From the IMG/VR virus record IMGVR_UViG_3300010340_000989, positions 32,001-96,000 of that record: DNA of 64,000 nucleotides; one strand, 5' to 3'. Made by a program: the position numbers and the translations under genes. The notes under the pieces are model-generated. The model searched no databases. It saw only the letters and a program-made list of their open reading frames with translations, and was not told the DNA's origin. Origin of the DNA: a virus (taxonomy: Duplodnaviria; Caudoviricetes). Each line of letters opens with the position of its first letter. Within the stretch, counting starts at the first letter, position 1. Shown piece by piece: positions 31,225 to 40,440 of this stretch.

Positions 31225-31733
31225 TATATTTTTTTAAAAACTAATTTACAACTAAGATTATGCGCTAATTTTCTTATAAATTGTGTATTAGCTTTAGTTT
31301 TGTGTATTAAAACTGGTTTTTTTATTATATCGAATGTGAAATCATCATTAATATAAATTAACCCCGCATATTCTGGAACTTCTTCTATACTTATTAATCC
31401 TCTTGGTGTTATGAAATTAAAATAGTTTGGAGATAAATACATCATTTCACCTGTTGAACCAACGATTGTATGATTCTCTTTAACCATTTGTGAATGTTTT
31501 TCTTTTATAAAGTCCTTTTTATAATCACCTCGACTTATCTTAATTTCATATTCATAAATATAATCTGATTTAGAAACTGATATAACATCACATTCGGATA
31601 AACCCATTCCAGTAAATCTTGTGGAGATAGGTGAATGTGATTTTTCATAAAGATACATTACAAAAGCTGCTGATATATCTTTAGATTTAGAGTTATCTCT
31701 TTTAATTTTATTGATAGATGATTTTCTTGACAT
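31224..31733 (-). CDS. MmcB-like PD-(D/E)xK nuclease
   Basis: ECDVI...EYEIKISRGDYKKD...PNYFNFITP...EVPEYAGLI. Confidence 0.75.
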   Translation of the reverse strand: MSRKSSINKIKRDNSKSKDISAAFVMYLYEKSHSPISTRFTGMGLSECDVISVSKSDYIYEYEIKISRGDYKKDFIKEKHSQMVKENHTIVGSTGEMMYLSPNYFNFITPRGLISIEEVPEYAGLIYINDDFTFDIIKKPVLIHKTKANTQFIRKLAHNLSCKLVFKKI

Positions 31734-31760
31734 TTAATTTATTTTCTAACTTTTTTCAAG

Positions 31761-32045
31761 TTATTCAAATCCACATAAACCATGTAAATCTTCTAAAGAA
31801 TCACAAGGTCCGTTACTAACTTGATATGATGGATCTAATAAATAATATTTTTTATTATCAATTCTATATGCAATATACTCAATATATTTTTCATATCCAT
31901 CGGATAATGAAATATTTTCATCATCAACTAAATCAAATAGATTATCACCAGTATCAATTACATCAATTATGAGCCATTTATCATCTATAATGTCTCCGAT
32001 TTTTGATTCTAAAATAATTTGATTGAATGATTTAATATATTTCAT
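31761..32045 (-). CDS. Putative internal head protein
   Basis: MKYIKSFNQIILES; TAATATATA at 32065-32073 (minus). Confidence 0.6.
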   Translation of the reverse strand: MKYIKSFNQIILESKIGDIIDDKWLIIDVIDTGDNLFDLVDDENISLSDGYEKYIEYIAYRIDNKKYYLLDPSYQVSNGPCDSLEDLHGLCGFE

Positions 32046-32083
32046 ATAAATTTGATTTTTATTATATATATTAACCTAATTAT

Positions 32084-32242
32084 TTAATAATGTGAAATAT
32101 TTGTTTCTTTAGAAACCACCCAAGATATTTCAGAATTTGTTATCTTAGCTGAGATAAATTCTGAAACATTTGATTCATCCTTTGAACAAGAATTAAATAA
32201 GCACATCATTAGTGCCATCATCATAATTTTAATTGTTTTCAT
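32084..32242 (-). CDS. Small lipoprotein (not in ORF track; possibly truncated)
   Basis: MKTIKIMMMALMMCLFNSC-SKDES: lipobox plus K-D-E export-like signal. Confidence 0.55.
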   Translation of the reverse strand: MKTIKIMMMALMMCLFNSCSKDESNVSEFISAKITNSEISWVVSKETNISHY

Positions 32243-32256
32243 AATTTATTTTTTAA

Positions 32257-32496
32257 TTACCAAACAATATAACCACCAAAATCACCATATAGACAAAGGT
32301 TATTTTTAAGTGTATCAAATTCTGTCTTTTTTAGAAAAACTACTTTTACATTATCAGAACAATTATTCTCCAAATTTACACTAAAATTAACAGAGTCTCT
32401 TGTTAAGACACTACCACAATTACAAGGTTCTTGTTCTTTATTACAAGATGATAAAATCAAAGCAATAAAGAACATAAAAAGATATTTTTTTTTCAT
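32257..32496 (-). CDS. Small lipoprotein
   Basis: MKKKYLFMFFIALILSSC-NKEQE; promoter TACATTTG 32519-32526. Confidence 0.7.
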   Translation of the reverse strand: MKKKYLFMFFIALILSSCNKEQEPCNCGSVLTRDSVNFSVNLENNCSDNVKVVFLKKTEFDTLKNNLCLYGDFGGYIVW

Positions 32497-32598
32497 TTTT
32501 AGTTTTAAAAGTTAAATACAAATGTAGATAATAAATATGAAAATACCAAATTTATTATCTACATTTATTATTAACCCTATCCAGAATTAAATATCTTC

Positions 32599-33027
32599 TT
32601 AGAAATTAAATATCAATTCTTCTCCTGTTATAAAATAGAAAAGATTTTGAAGATGATCTACGGTATCTATCTTAGTTGAGTAAATATCACCACCGAAGAA
32701 AAATGATGTTATTTCTTCTAAATCAAAATATCCATCAGACCATTCTTTACGCCAAATATTATTACCCTCCTTGGTGACATCAACAATTTTAAATCCAAAT
32801 TTAATCAACCACTCATGTTCAAGCGGTATTGAGAAGTAATTATCCTTAAAAAACCATTCAAATGATTCACTAGTTTCAACTTCTACTTGTTCAAAATCTA
32901 CTCCTAATGAGGAAATTGATATAACCTTACCAATTGTCCAAGTTTCCCTATTTTTAGGGTTTCCACTACTTGCTATTAGATTTCCAATTCTGATCTTATC
33001 AGAAGTAAGTTTTTTTAATGTCTCCAT
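32599..33027 (-). CDS. Conserved Bacteroidota-phage-type protein
   Basis: RIGN...IPL..EWL.KFGF...HLQNLFYFITGEEL. Confidence 0.7.
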   Translation of the reverse strand: METLKKLTSDKIRIGNLIASSGNPKNRETWTIGKVISISSLGVDFEQVEVETSESFEWFFKDNYFSIPLEHEWLIKFGFKIVDVTKEGNNIWRKEWSDGYFDLEEITSFFFGGDIYSTKIDTVDHLQNLFYFITGEELIFNF

Positions 33028-33030
33028 AAA

Positions 33031-33387
33031 TTAAAAAAATGATATGATAATTGTTGCAACAATTGTTGAAACAATTGGAATAATTAAATACCAAAAATAT
33101 TTTACTAACCATTTTCTCATAAATTTAAATACTTTATTTTCCAATTTATAACCACCTTTAGATATAAATTCACGGCCACTATGTTCTATCATGCCAGAAT
33201 ATTTATTATGATTAGTTCTTTTTATATACCCATCACTTACTAAAATATCGAAGTAGTATTTTGATTCGTTTATACTATTAATATCTGTTACATTTTTCCC
33301 ATATAAAGCTATATTTGATGCAACTTGCCCTCCCTTTTTAAAGCATTTTAACATAATATTTAGATTTTCACAATCTTTTTCACTCAT
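33031..33387 (-). CDS. Hypothetical protein with C-terminal TM helix
   Basis: ends YFWYLIIPIVSTIVATIIISFF. Confidence 0.65.
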   Translation of the reverse strand: MSEKDCENLNIMLKCFKKGGQVASNIALYGKNVTDINSINESKYYFDILVSDGYIKRTNHNKYSGMIEHSGREFISKGGYKLENKVFKFMRKWLVKYFWYLIIPIVSTIVATIIISFF

Positions 33388-33493
33388 AATTTAATTATTT
33401 ATTTTTAGTCAAATTTCTCTGATAATGTATATAATACAAATCTTTAACTTCCAAAAAAATAATAATCACTTTTATTACGAATTTTGAAAATTA

Positions 33494-34654
33494 TTAATAC
33501 AAATTTTTAAAAGAATCTGGTAGATATATATTTTCTAGAGATTTTTGAGTAAAACACAATCTACCTCCAACTTTGAACCCTATTTCATTCCAATCTATAT
33601 TATTTAAATATTCGGTTGCCTTTTTTATATCCATATCAAATTTAGGAAATATTGCTAAAACAGACCCATCATAATATTTACAATCATTTATAAAAAAAGG
33701 AGTTTTATCTCTTGTTTTACAATTTACATAAATCCTTTCAGAATTACTCTCATATAACCCTCGACCCCACTGCCACCAGTTATTCTCATTAAAACTTTTA
33801 ATTCTCCTATTAATTAGTTTATCTTTAAAAATTAAAAGATCTTTATGATTTATGTTATAAAACATCTTTTTCAATTTACCCGTTTTATTTGTAAATGAAC
33901 AAACAAATGATTGATTACCATTATCACTTGTAAATATCTCATCCATACCACTCACAGCACCCACTTTTACAAAGAATAAATCGCTAAATTTTATCAAATT
34001 TTCAGTATTGTAAAAGCTAATTTGACCATCATTTATTCTAAAATCTTTAACACCATCATTTGTTTTAGTTTTTCTAGAGAAGTTATCCTTTTCAAACCTC
34101 CAAATAACAACGGTTGGACTATATCCTTTAAATACAATACTATCACCATATTCATACCAATCGGTTATTGTCCCATTCTCATATAAAAAATTGTTTAATT
34201 TTATAGACGATGTAGCTTTTATAAATTCCCTTGGTGTTATAAGGATCATTTCACCATTTTTATCTAAGTGTTCTATACACTTTCTTATGAAATGAATATA
34301 TAAATTTGTTCTATTATCATAAGAGTTTAAATATGACTTAGATTGTATTTTAGACAATGTATCTTTACTTATATTCTTAAAAGAGACATAAGGTGGATTG
34401 CCGATAATTGTTTTATATTTTATTTCTTCATCATAATCGAAAAAATCCATTATTATAAAATCTAGTTGATTATTATCCGGATCTATCTCAATAGATGTTA
34501 TATTTCTATTTGAATTATTTTTAATAAACTTTGTAAAAGCACCATCACCAGCAGAAGGTTCTAAAATATCTTCATTTTTATCTGATAACTCAAGCATTAA
34601 TTTAACTATATTTTCAGGAGTATAAACTTGTCCTAAATTTTTTATCTTATCCAT
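33494..34654 (-). CDS. N6-adenine DNA methyltransferase (gamma class, TaqI/Eco57I-like)
   Basis: LGQVYTP, ILEPSAGDGAF, IIGNPPY, C-terminal target-recognition region. Confidence 0.9.
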   Translation of the reverse strand: MDKIKNLGQVYTPENIVKLMLELSDKNEDILEPSAGDGAFTKFIKNNSNRNITSIEIDPDNNQLDFIIMDFFDYDEEIKYKTIIGNPPYVSFKNISKDTLSKIQSKSYLNSYDNRTNLYIHFIRKCIEHLDKNGEMILITPREFIKATSSIKLNNFLYENGTITDWYEYGDSIVFKGYSPTVVIWRFEKDNFSRKTKTNDGVKDFRINDGQISFYNTENLIKFSDLFFVKVGAVSGMDEIFTSDNGNQSFVCSFTNKTGKLKKMFYNINHKDLLIFKDKLINRRIKSFNENNWWQWGRGLYESNSERIYVNCKTRDKTPFFINDCKYYDGSVLAIFPKFDMDIKKATEYLNNIDWNEIGFKVGGRLCFTQKSLENIYLPDSFKNLY

Positions 34655-34678
34655 ATATAATATGTTTTTTATTATATA

Positions 34679-34888
34679 TTAAAAATGTAAACTTAGTTTA
34701 CAATTTAGGAAATATACCAACCGATATTTGCCGCTTTTTAAAGAACTTTTATACATCTTTAATAGTTTGATAGTTGATAATTTATTTAATTCCTTATCAA
34801 TTTCAATTCCAGATAAATCTACTTTTTTATTTTCAGTTAGTAAAATACCACTTACATATCTATATTCAATACCATTAGATAACTTCAT
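34679..34888 (-). CDS. Small hypothetical protein
   Basis: Likely start MKLSNG at 34888, at the junction with the LRR remnant. Confidence 0.4.
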   Translation of the reverse strand: MKLSNGIEYRYVSGILLTENKKVDLSGIEIDKELNKLSTIKLLKMYKSSLKSGKYRLVYFLNCKLSLHF

Positions 34889-35433
34889 TAGAATATTGTC
34901 CAAAAAATGTTGGTGGTAATTTTAATTGTTATAACAATAAATTAACTTCATTAGAAGGTTGTCCCATAAATGTTGGAGGAGATTTTGCTTGTGATCATAA
35001 TAAAATAACATCATTGGAAGGTTGTCCCATAAATGTTGGTGGTGATTTTGATTGTAGTGGAAATCAATTAACTTCATTAGAATATTGTCCAAAAAATGTT
35101 GGCGGTAATTTCAATTGTTATGACAATCAATTAACATCATTAGATGGGTGTCCTCAAGCTATCAAAGGAGATTTTGATTGTGATAATAATCAAATAACAG
35201 ATTTTAAAGGAATATCCGAATTCTTTGAAGGGAGTTTTAGTTGCTATGATAACCCGATATTCGAAATCTATGAATTATTTAATGAATCAGTGAGTTGTAT
35301 TCAATGGATTAATGAATTCGATGTAATTCAAGATGGTAATAAAGTTATTATGGATCGATTGGAAGAAGTATTTCACCAATTAGGTATGGAAATACCAGAA
35401 GAAATAGAATTTGAGAATTATGAAATCATTTAA
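34879..35433 (+). pseudogene. 5'-truncated LRR-like gene
   Basis: Frame opens after TAG 34876-78 directly into ITSLEYCPKNVGG; lacks the MKSY N-domain of its paralogs. Confidence 0.7.
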
Positions 35434-35630
35434 TCACAATAATTAGCACAATCCTCTTTATCAAGATAGACTTTTTTACCTTGCTTTAAATAATAACATT
35501 CTCCAGATCGTTCTAACTTTAAATCTCCCTTTGTATAAAGTCTACAATCTGTTTCTCTTTTACTACAACTAACAAATAGTAGTAAAAATATTGTAAGTAT
35601 AAATTTATTCATTTTACCAAATTTTATCAT
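35430..35630 (-). CDS. Small lipoprotein
   Basis: MNKFILTIFLLLFVSC-SKRE. Confidence 0.65.
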   Translation of the reverse strand: MIKFGKMNKFILTIFLLLFVSCSKRETDCRLYTKGDLKLERSGECYYLKQGKKVYLDKEDCANYCD

Positions 35631-36315
35631 TTCTTAATCTTAATTCTTTAAAAATATCTTGACCAGTTTTAACCCATTGGTTCCAATTCATTCTGAGTTC
35701 AGCCTGATTAAATCCCAAAGCGCTTCCATTATTCCTTGTTACAAAAGACATAATACTTTCAGCACCTATTGAATGATGGTTATATTCGTTTTCACCACAC
35801 CCACAAGCCGTTGAACGACCATTATTGAACTCCCAAACCAATGGAATTAGTCCACAATCTTTGCAAGGCAACCACCATTGAGGATCTCCAACTTTAACAT
35901 AAGCGGGAATAGCTTTATATTTCTTACGATACTCAATCCATATATTCTTATATTCAATCTCTTCTTTCTTTTTCTCTAAGTTTTTAAGATAAGTTATGTC
36001 CGTAGCAATAAACAAGAGCATTGGATTATTGAATAATTCTTTATCTGGAATAGAATTTATAAATTCATCTCTAGTTAATTCTATAATTCTCCGATTTGGT
36101 TTATTTTTTATATGATGTAAAGCAGATCCTTTATCTTTCCAAAACTTGGCACAATAAATATACTCAGTTGATCTAGTTGGATTATGATAAACCAAATTTA
36201 CAGGATCACCAAATAACTCTGATAGTTTATTATCACGAGCAACTGATTTATCTTCTATTACTACACAATAAAAGGTATCTCTTTTACCAAGATAGATATC
36301 TATACTATTCATCAT
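35614..36315 (-). CDS. Hypothetical protein with Cys motifs and internal RDxKL motif
   Basis: ARDNKLSELF near N-terminus; CKDC...CGC. Confidence 0.7.
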   Translation of the reverse strand: MMNSIDIYLGKRDTFYCVVIEDKSVARDNKLSELFGDPVNLVYHNPTRSTEYIYCAKFWKDKGSALHHIKNKPNRRIIELTRDEFINSIPDKELFNNPMLLFIATDITYLKNLEKKKEEIEYKNIWIEYRKKYKAIPAYVKVGDPQWWLPCKDCGLIPLVWEFNNGRSTACGCGENEYNHHSIGAESIMSFVTRNNGSALGFNQAELRMNWNQWVKTGQDIFKELRLRNDKIW

Positions 36316-36515
36316 TCTTCTAGTTTTTGAATTAAAGGTATATCTGATCCAATTGGTATTAGAACTCTATAAGTAACACCATCGATAGAATATTCTTCTC
36401 TCATAACGTGTAACGAATTACCAACACTTGTAGGTTCATATTTTGAAAAATCAATTTGACAATCAATAACATCTACCCAATTTTTGGTAAATTGTTCAAG
36501 CCATTTATTGTTCAT
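36312..36515 (-). CDS. Hypothetical protein
   Basis: ORF in operon. Confidence 0.6.
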   Translation of the reverse strand: MNNKWLEQFTKNWVDVIDCQIDFSKYEPTSVGNSLHVMREEYSIDGVTYRVLIPIGSDIPLIQKLEE

Positions 36516-36517
36516 AA

Positions 36518-36787
36518 CTATTTAACTATCTTTTCTATTTTAAGATTTCTCAACTCTCTCTTATAAAAATCTGAAACATTGATAACACTTGGATCTGGAA
36601 TCTTCTTGGTTAGAATTCTAACAAGAATATCATCTGATAACCCAGTTATATCAAGACTAAACTTAGTTCGTTTAGATTTTTTAATGTGCAGAGTTGTTTC
36701 ATTCAGGTTATAGAACTTAATCTCTCCCGAATTTACCTTATTGTCTAATAAGGATTTAACTTTTGCTTTTATAAATATATTTTTCAT
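36518..36787 (-). CDS. Hypothetical protein with C-terminal tag
   Basis: ends LRNLKIEKIVK; TATATTTG at 36795-36802. Confidence 0.65.
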   Translation of the reverse strand: MKNIFIKAKVKSLLDNKVNSGEIKFYNLNETTLHIKKSKRTKFSLDITGLSDDILVRILTKKIPDPSVINVSDFYKRELRNLKIEKIVK

Positions 36788-36863
36788 CGAATTACAAATA
36801 TAAGGATTTTTTATTCCAAAAAAAAATATGATATGGAACTAACTTGATTACAATATATAATAT

Positions 36864-37748
36864 ATGAATAATTATTACATATATGTCTATTTAGACTCTA
36901 GAAAATCTGGTAAATTCATTTATCATGATATAGAATTTGATTTTGAACCATTCTATGTTGGAAAAGGAATAAATGATAGAATCAATAAAAGTATGTTTGA
37001 CTCTTTAAATAAATTAAAGTCAAATAAAGTCAATAAAATATTATCCGAGGGGTTTGAGATTATCTCAGTTAAAATATTTGAAAATTTATCAGAAATTGAG
37101 GCTTTTGATTTAGAGATAAGTATTATTAATAAAATAGGTAAATTTATATCAGGAAAAGGACCATTGACTAATATAAGTGACGGTGGATCGGGTGGAGACA
37201 ATATTAGCAATCATCCAAATTATGAGGTAATAATAGAAAAGATGTGTAATTCACAATCTGGAGAAAAAAATGGATTTTTTGGAAAAAAACATAGCATAGA
37301 AACTATAAAAAATCTTAGCAACTTAGGCAAAGAAAGAACTGGATTTAAAAATCCATTCTATGGAAAGAAACACTCAGATGAATCTAAGTCTTTGATTGCT
37401 GAAAAAAATAGGATTAATAATATTGGTGAGAGAAATCCTTTTTTTGGAAAGCAACATAAAGAAGAGACAAAAGATAAAATTAGAGAGCATAGAATTGGTA
37501 AAAAACTAAGCGATGATACTAGATTAAAAATAAGTGAATCTCTAAAAAAGTTAGATAAGTCTGGTCAAAAAAATCCAATGGCTACATTATATCAGATATT
37601 AAGTCCTAATAATGATATTATTGAAATAATTGGAATCATATCAATGAGAGATTTTTGCAAAGGAAAATTCAATTCAAACATCCTATTAAAAACTGGAAAC
37701 CACAATGGATATTCTTTAATAAAAAAAGTCAGGATTAACGAATCCTGA
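36864..37748 (+). CDS. GIY-YIG homing endonuclease with NUMOD3 repeats
   Basis: YYIYVY...FYVGKG...R, LTNISDGG, repeated NPFYGKKHS. Confidence 0.88.
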   Translation: MNNYYIYVYLDSRKSGKFIYHDIEFDFEPFYVGKGINDRINKSMFDSLNKLKSNKVNKILSEGFEIISVKIFENLSEIEAFDLEISIINKIGKFISGKGPLTNISDGGSGGDNISNHPNYEVIIEKMCNSQSGEKNGFFGKKHSIETIKNLSNLGKERTGFKNPFYGKKHSDESKSLIAEKNRINNIGERNPFFGKQHKEETKDKIREHRIGKKLSDDTRLKISESLKKLDKSGQKNPMATLYQILSPNNDIIEIIGIISMRDFCKGKFNSNILLKTGNHNGYSLIKKVRINES

Positions 37749-37753
37749 CTTTT
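37724..37753. terminator. Bidirectional intrinsic terminator
   Basis: AAAAGTCAGGATT-AACG-AATCCTGACTTTT. Confidence 0.8.
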
Positions 37754-37771
37754 AAGTAGTTTTAAGTAACT

Positions 37772-38662
37772 TTAAATTAAGTTCTTAATTTTCATTGCTC
37801 TCAGGAGTCTTGTCATTCCTAAGCCGAAGCCCCATCTTTCAATGAAATTAAGTGCAAAGAAGTCTTCCAATTCTGCCTCAACTCTTTCTTCACCAAACTT
37901 ATCAAAAAGAATATCAGCATATTCTCCATTACTAATAGTGTGAAAGTTATTTCTCATTCTAACCACATCAGAATCTCTTTCAGCTGCTCCGATTGTTTCT
38001 TGTCCACAGATGATAAAATCACACTTAGCATATATATTCTCACCATGTTTGTTTTGACCAATTGATCTCATATTCCAAAATGGACTTGTTCGTTGTGGGA
38101 AGTGTGTTATAGCAACTACATCACCATATTCTTTCCACATCATTTCTTCGTGCTCGGACTCTAAAATAGAAACACCATATTTCTCACAAAGCTCATCATA
38201 AGTAAAAAACTTAATGTCTTTAATATCTTTAACAAATCCTAAATGAACACATAAGCTGGAAAGTGTGTGTAGTAGATTTTTATAATCTCCGGTATGTTCT
38301 GCCTCAAACATTGGGAATATTTTATTATGACGACCTTCAATTGGATTTGGTTCATCTCTATAAGATGTAGTCAAACAAAAAACTCCTTCAAGTTCTGGTT
38401 CCTTCATTAAATCGTGTTCTAAAAACATTTGATTTGTCTGTATCATCGGCCAATCTGTTCCGGAAAAATTATATTTTGTAATTGTTTTTGGATCCTCACA
38501 AGCTGCTAAAATTGAAACTCTAGGTTGAGGAAAAGTTTCCTTAAAATTTCTAGACAAAAAAAATCCTCTTAACTTTTGTGTCATTCTGTCAAAGTCAAGA
38601 GGTTTAATCATTGGTTGATTGTAGGGTCTGATGTGTGTCTTTTCTTTCTTTTCTGTAATCAT
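37772..38662 (-). CDS. Class IIb aaRS catalytic core (Asn/Asp type) without anticodon-binding domain
   Basis: Motif 2 SYRDEP...RH...FPMFEAE; ETIGAAER; motif 3 GFGLGMTRL; only 296 aa. Confidence 0.8.
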   Translation of the reverse strand: MITEKKEKTHIRPYNQPMIKPLDFDRMTQKLRGFFLSRNFKETFPQPRVSILAACEDPKTITKYNFSGTDWPMIQTNQMFLEHDLMKEPELEGVFCLTTSYRDEPNPIEGRHNKIFPMFEAEHTGDYKNLLHTLSSLCVHLGFVKDIKDIKFFTYDELCEKYGVSILESEHEEMMWKEYGDVVAITHFPQRTSPFWNMRSIGQNKHGENIYAKCDFIICGQETIGAAERDSDVVRMRNNFHTISNGEYADILFDKFGEERVEAELEDFFALNFIERWGFGLGMTRLLRAMKIKNLI

Positions 38663-38707
38663 AATAGTTGTTTATCTTTTTATATATAAACAAAAATAAA
38701 AGTTTTA

Positions 38708-39547
38708 ATGTTTTTGAAAAAATTTGAAAATTTTGATAACAATTTTTGTGTATATATTTTTTTAAACCCATCTAAACCAGGTGAGTATAAATATGACGAA
38801 TATAAATTTGATTTTGAACCAATATACGTTGGAAAAGGTAGGAGTAATAGGCCAAAAAATCATATTTATAAATTTAAAAATGGTAGAACATATTTTTATA
38901 AAAAATTGATCAATTTGGTTGGCTCTGGATATGATCCTTTATGGATAATTATTAGAAATAATTTAACCGAAAAAGAGGCATTCGATGAAGAAATTAGATT
39001 AATTAAATTAATAGGTAGAAAAAATACAGGAGGTAGTTTATCAAATCTAACAGATGGTGGTGAAGGTCAAACAGGATATAAACATAGAGAAGAGAGTAAA
39101 TTAAAAACATCAAATAGTCTAAAATCCAATACTGAGTGGGTTAATAAAATGAAATCAAAAGAACATAGAGATAAACTAAGCAAATCTTTAATGGGACATG
39201 AGGGATATGGAAAAGGAATCGCGAGAAGTCAAGATGTGAAAGATAAAATAAGACTAAGTGTATCTGGTGATAAGAATCACTTTTTTGGAAAAACACACAC
39301 CGATGAATTAAAAAATAAACTTTCAATAAAAAATACCGGAAAAAATAATCCTAATTCTAAATTATATAGAATAGAACATAATGGTGAGATATTAACATTT
39401 GAAGGTAGATTGGAACTAAAAGAATATTTAAATAAATTTAATATTGATAATAATTTAAAGGGCCCTAATAGGGTTAGCTTTGATAATTTAATCAATCGTG
39501 GATACTCAAAAGATTTTAAACTATTATCTATTGATAAATTAAATTAA
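38708..39547 (+). CDS. GIY-YIG homing endonuclease with NUMOD3; capsid-targeting-like N-terminus
   Basis: MFLKKFENF; VYIF...IYVGKG...R; LSNLTDGGEG. Confidence 0.85.
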   Translation: MFLKKFENFDNNFCVYIFLNPSKPGEYKYDEYKFDFEPIYVGKGRSNRPKNHIYKFKNGRTYFYKKLINLVGSGYDPLWIIIRNNLTEKEAFDEEIRLIKLIGRKNTGGSLSNLTDGGEGQTGYKHREESKLKTSNSLKSNTEWVNKMKSKEHRDKLSKSLMGHEGYGKGIARSQDVKDKIRLSVSGDKNHFFGKTHTDELKNKLSIKNTGKNNPNSKLYRIEHNGEILTFEGRLELKEYLNKFNIDNNLKGPNRVSFDNLINRGYSKDFKLLSIDKLN

Positions 39548-39560
39548 TAAAATTTTTAAC

Positions 39561-39782
39561 TTAAAAATGACCATTATATTCAATATATTCCTCCTCTGAA
39601 ATCTCACAAGTATTTATGATAACGAAGTTATAATAACTCCTACTCCCATTTTCTTCTACTTCTGAAACTTGTTTAATAAATTTCATTGGACTGCCCTTAA
39701 TAACCTGATTCCATAGTGATGGATGTTCATGTATAGAAGACCTTCTTGACTTTGCTTGATAAGTGATAAAATAATATTTCAT
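39561..39782 (-). CDS. Hypothetical protein
   Basis: ORF 73 aa. Confidence 0.6.
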   Translation of the reverse strand: MKYYFITYQAKSRRSSIHEHPSLWNQVIKGSPMKFIKQVSEVEENGSRSYYNFVIINTCEISEEEYIEYNGHF

Positions 39783-40108
39783 TTTAATAATAAATTAATT
39801 TTCAAATTTCTAATTATTTGTTTATAAAAGTTGTGAGATTTATCAGTTGAAAAAAAGGTCTTTGCATTTCCAGGTACCCAAAGAGGATCTGATGATATTT
39901 TATATTTATCATTAAGATAATGTGTGAATGATACCATATCACCCATTTTATGGGTTTCAAGAACTTCTAACATTTCTTTATAATGTGGTAACTTATCAAA
40001 ACCACCAACCACATTAATTAAATGTGATTCATCTATAACTAGAAAGTTATAAACTGATTGTGAACATTCTAAAATTTCTAAGTCAGTTGCTGAGGTTGAT
40101 ATTGTCAT
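39779..40108 (-). CDS. Hypothetical protein with C-terminal tag
   Basis: ends IRNLKINLLLK. Confidence 0.65.
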   Translation of the reverse strand: MTISTSATDLEILECSQSVYNFLVIDESHLINVVGGFDKLPHYKEMLEVLETHKMGDMVSFTHYLNDKYKISSDPLWVPGNAKTFFSTDKSHNFYKQIIRNLKINLLLK

Positions 40109-40440
40109 TATCGTATTAAATAAACAAATCCACTCTTCGATTTGATAAATTTATCAGTTGTGAATTTATATTGAACTTTATAAACGAAACTCTTAGTAGA
40201 ATAGTAATAATCATAACCACCTAACCATTTATCACAAATATTATTAGTAGTAAATACCATTTTACCATCACTACTAAATATTCTTAATTCATAATATGAA
40301 AGTGTATCTGTTTCAGAACAGAAAGCACCAAAATGATCATTCACTCCATCATTATTTGGAGTGAATGAATTCGGAATAAAAATTTCCTGAGAATATGATA
40401 AGGTTGATAGTAATAAGAAGAATATCAATAAGTATCTCAT
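40108..40440 (-). CDS. Signal peptide plus stand-alone T9SS type-B (CHU_C/gliding-motility) C-terminal domain
   Basis: MRYLLIFFLLLSTLSYSQ then IPNSFTPNNDGVNDHF...W.G...SGFVYLIR. Confidence 0.8.
   Translation of the reverse strand: MRYLLIFFLLLSTLSYSQEIFIPNSFTPNNDGVNDHFGAFCSETDTLSYYELRIFSSDGKMVFTTNNICDKWLGGYDYYYSTKSFVYKVQYKFTTDKFIKSKSGFVYLIR

Noticed and set aside
30466-31733. Type II restriction-modification pair
   Set aside because: The nuclease matches the MmcB-like pattern common in phages rather than a typical REase; pairing unsupported though not excluded
36864-39547. Group I intron or intein housing the GIY-YIG genes
   Set aside because: Both are free-standing, opposite in strand to their neighbours; the aaRS-like gene is uninterrupted
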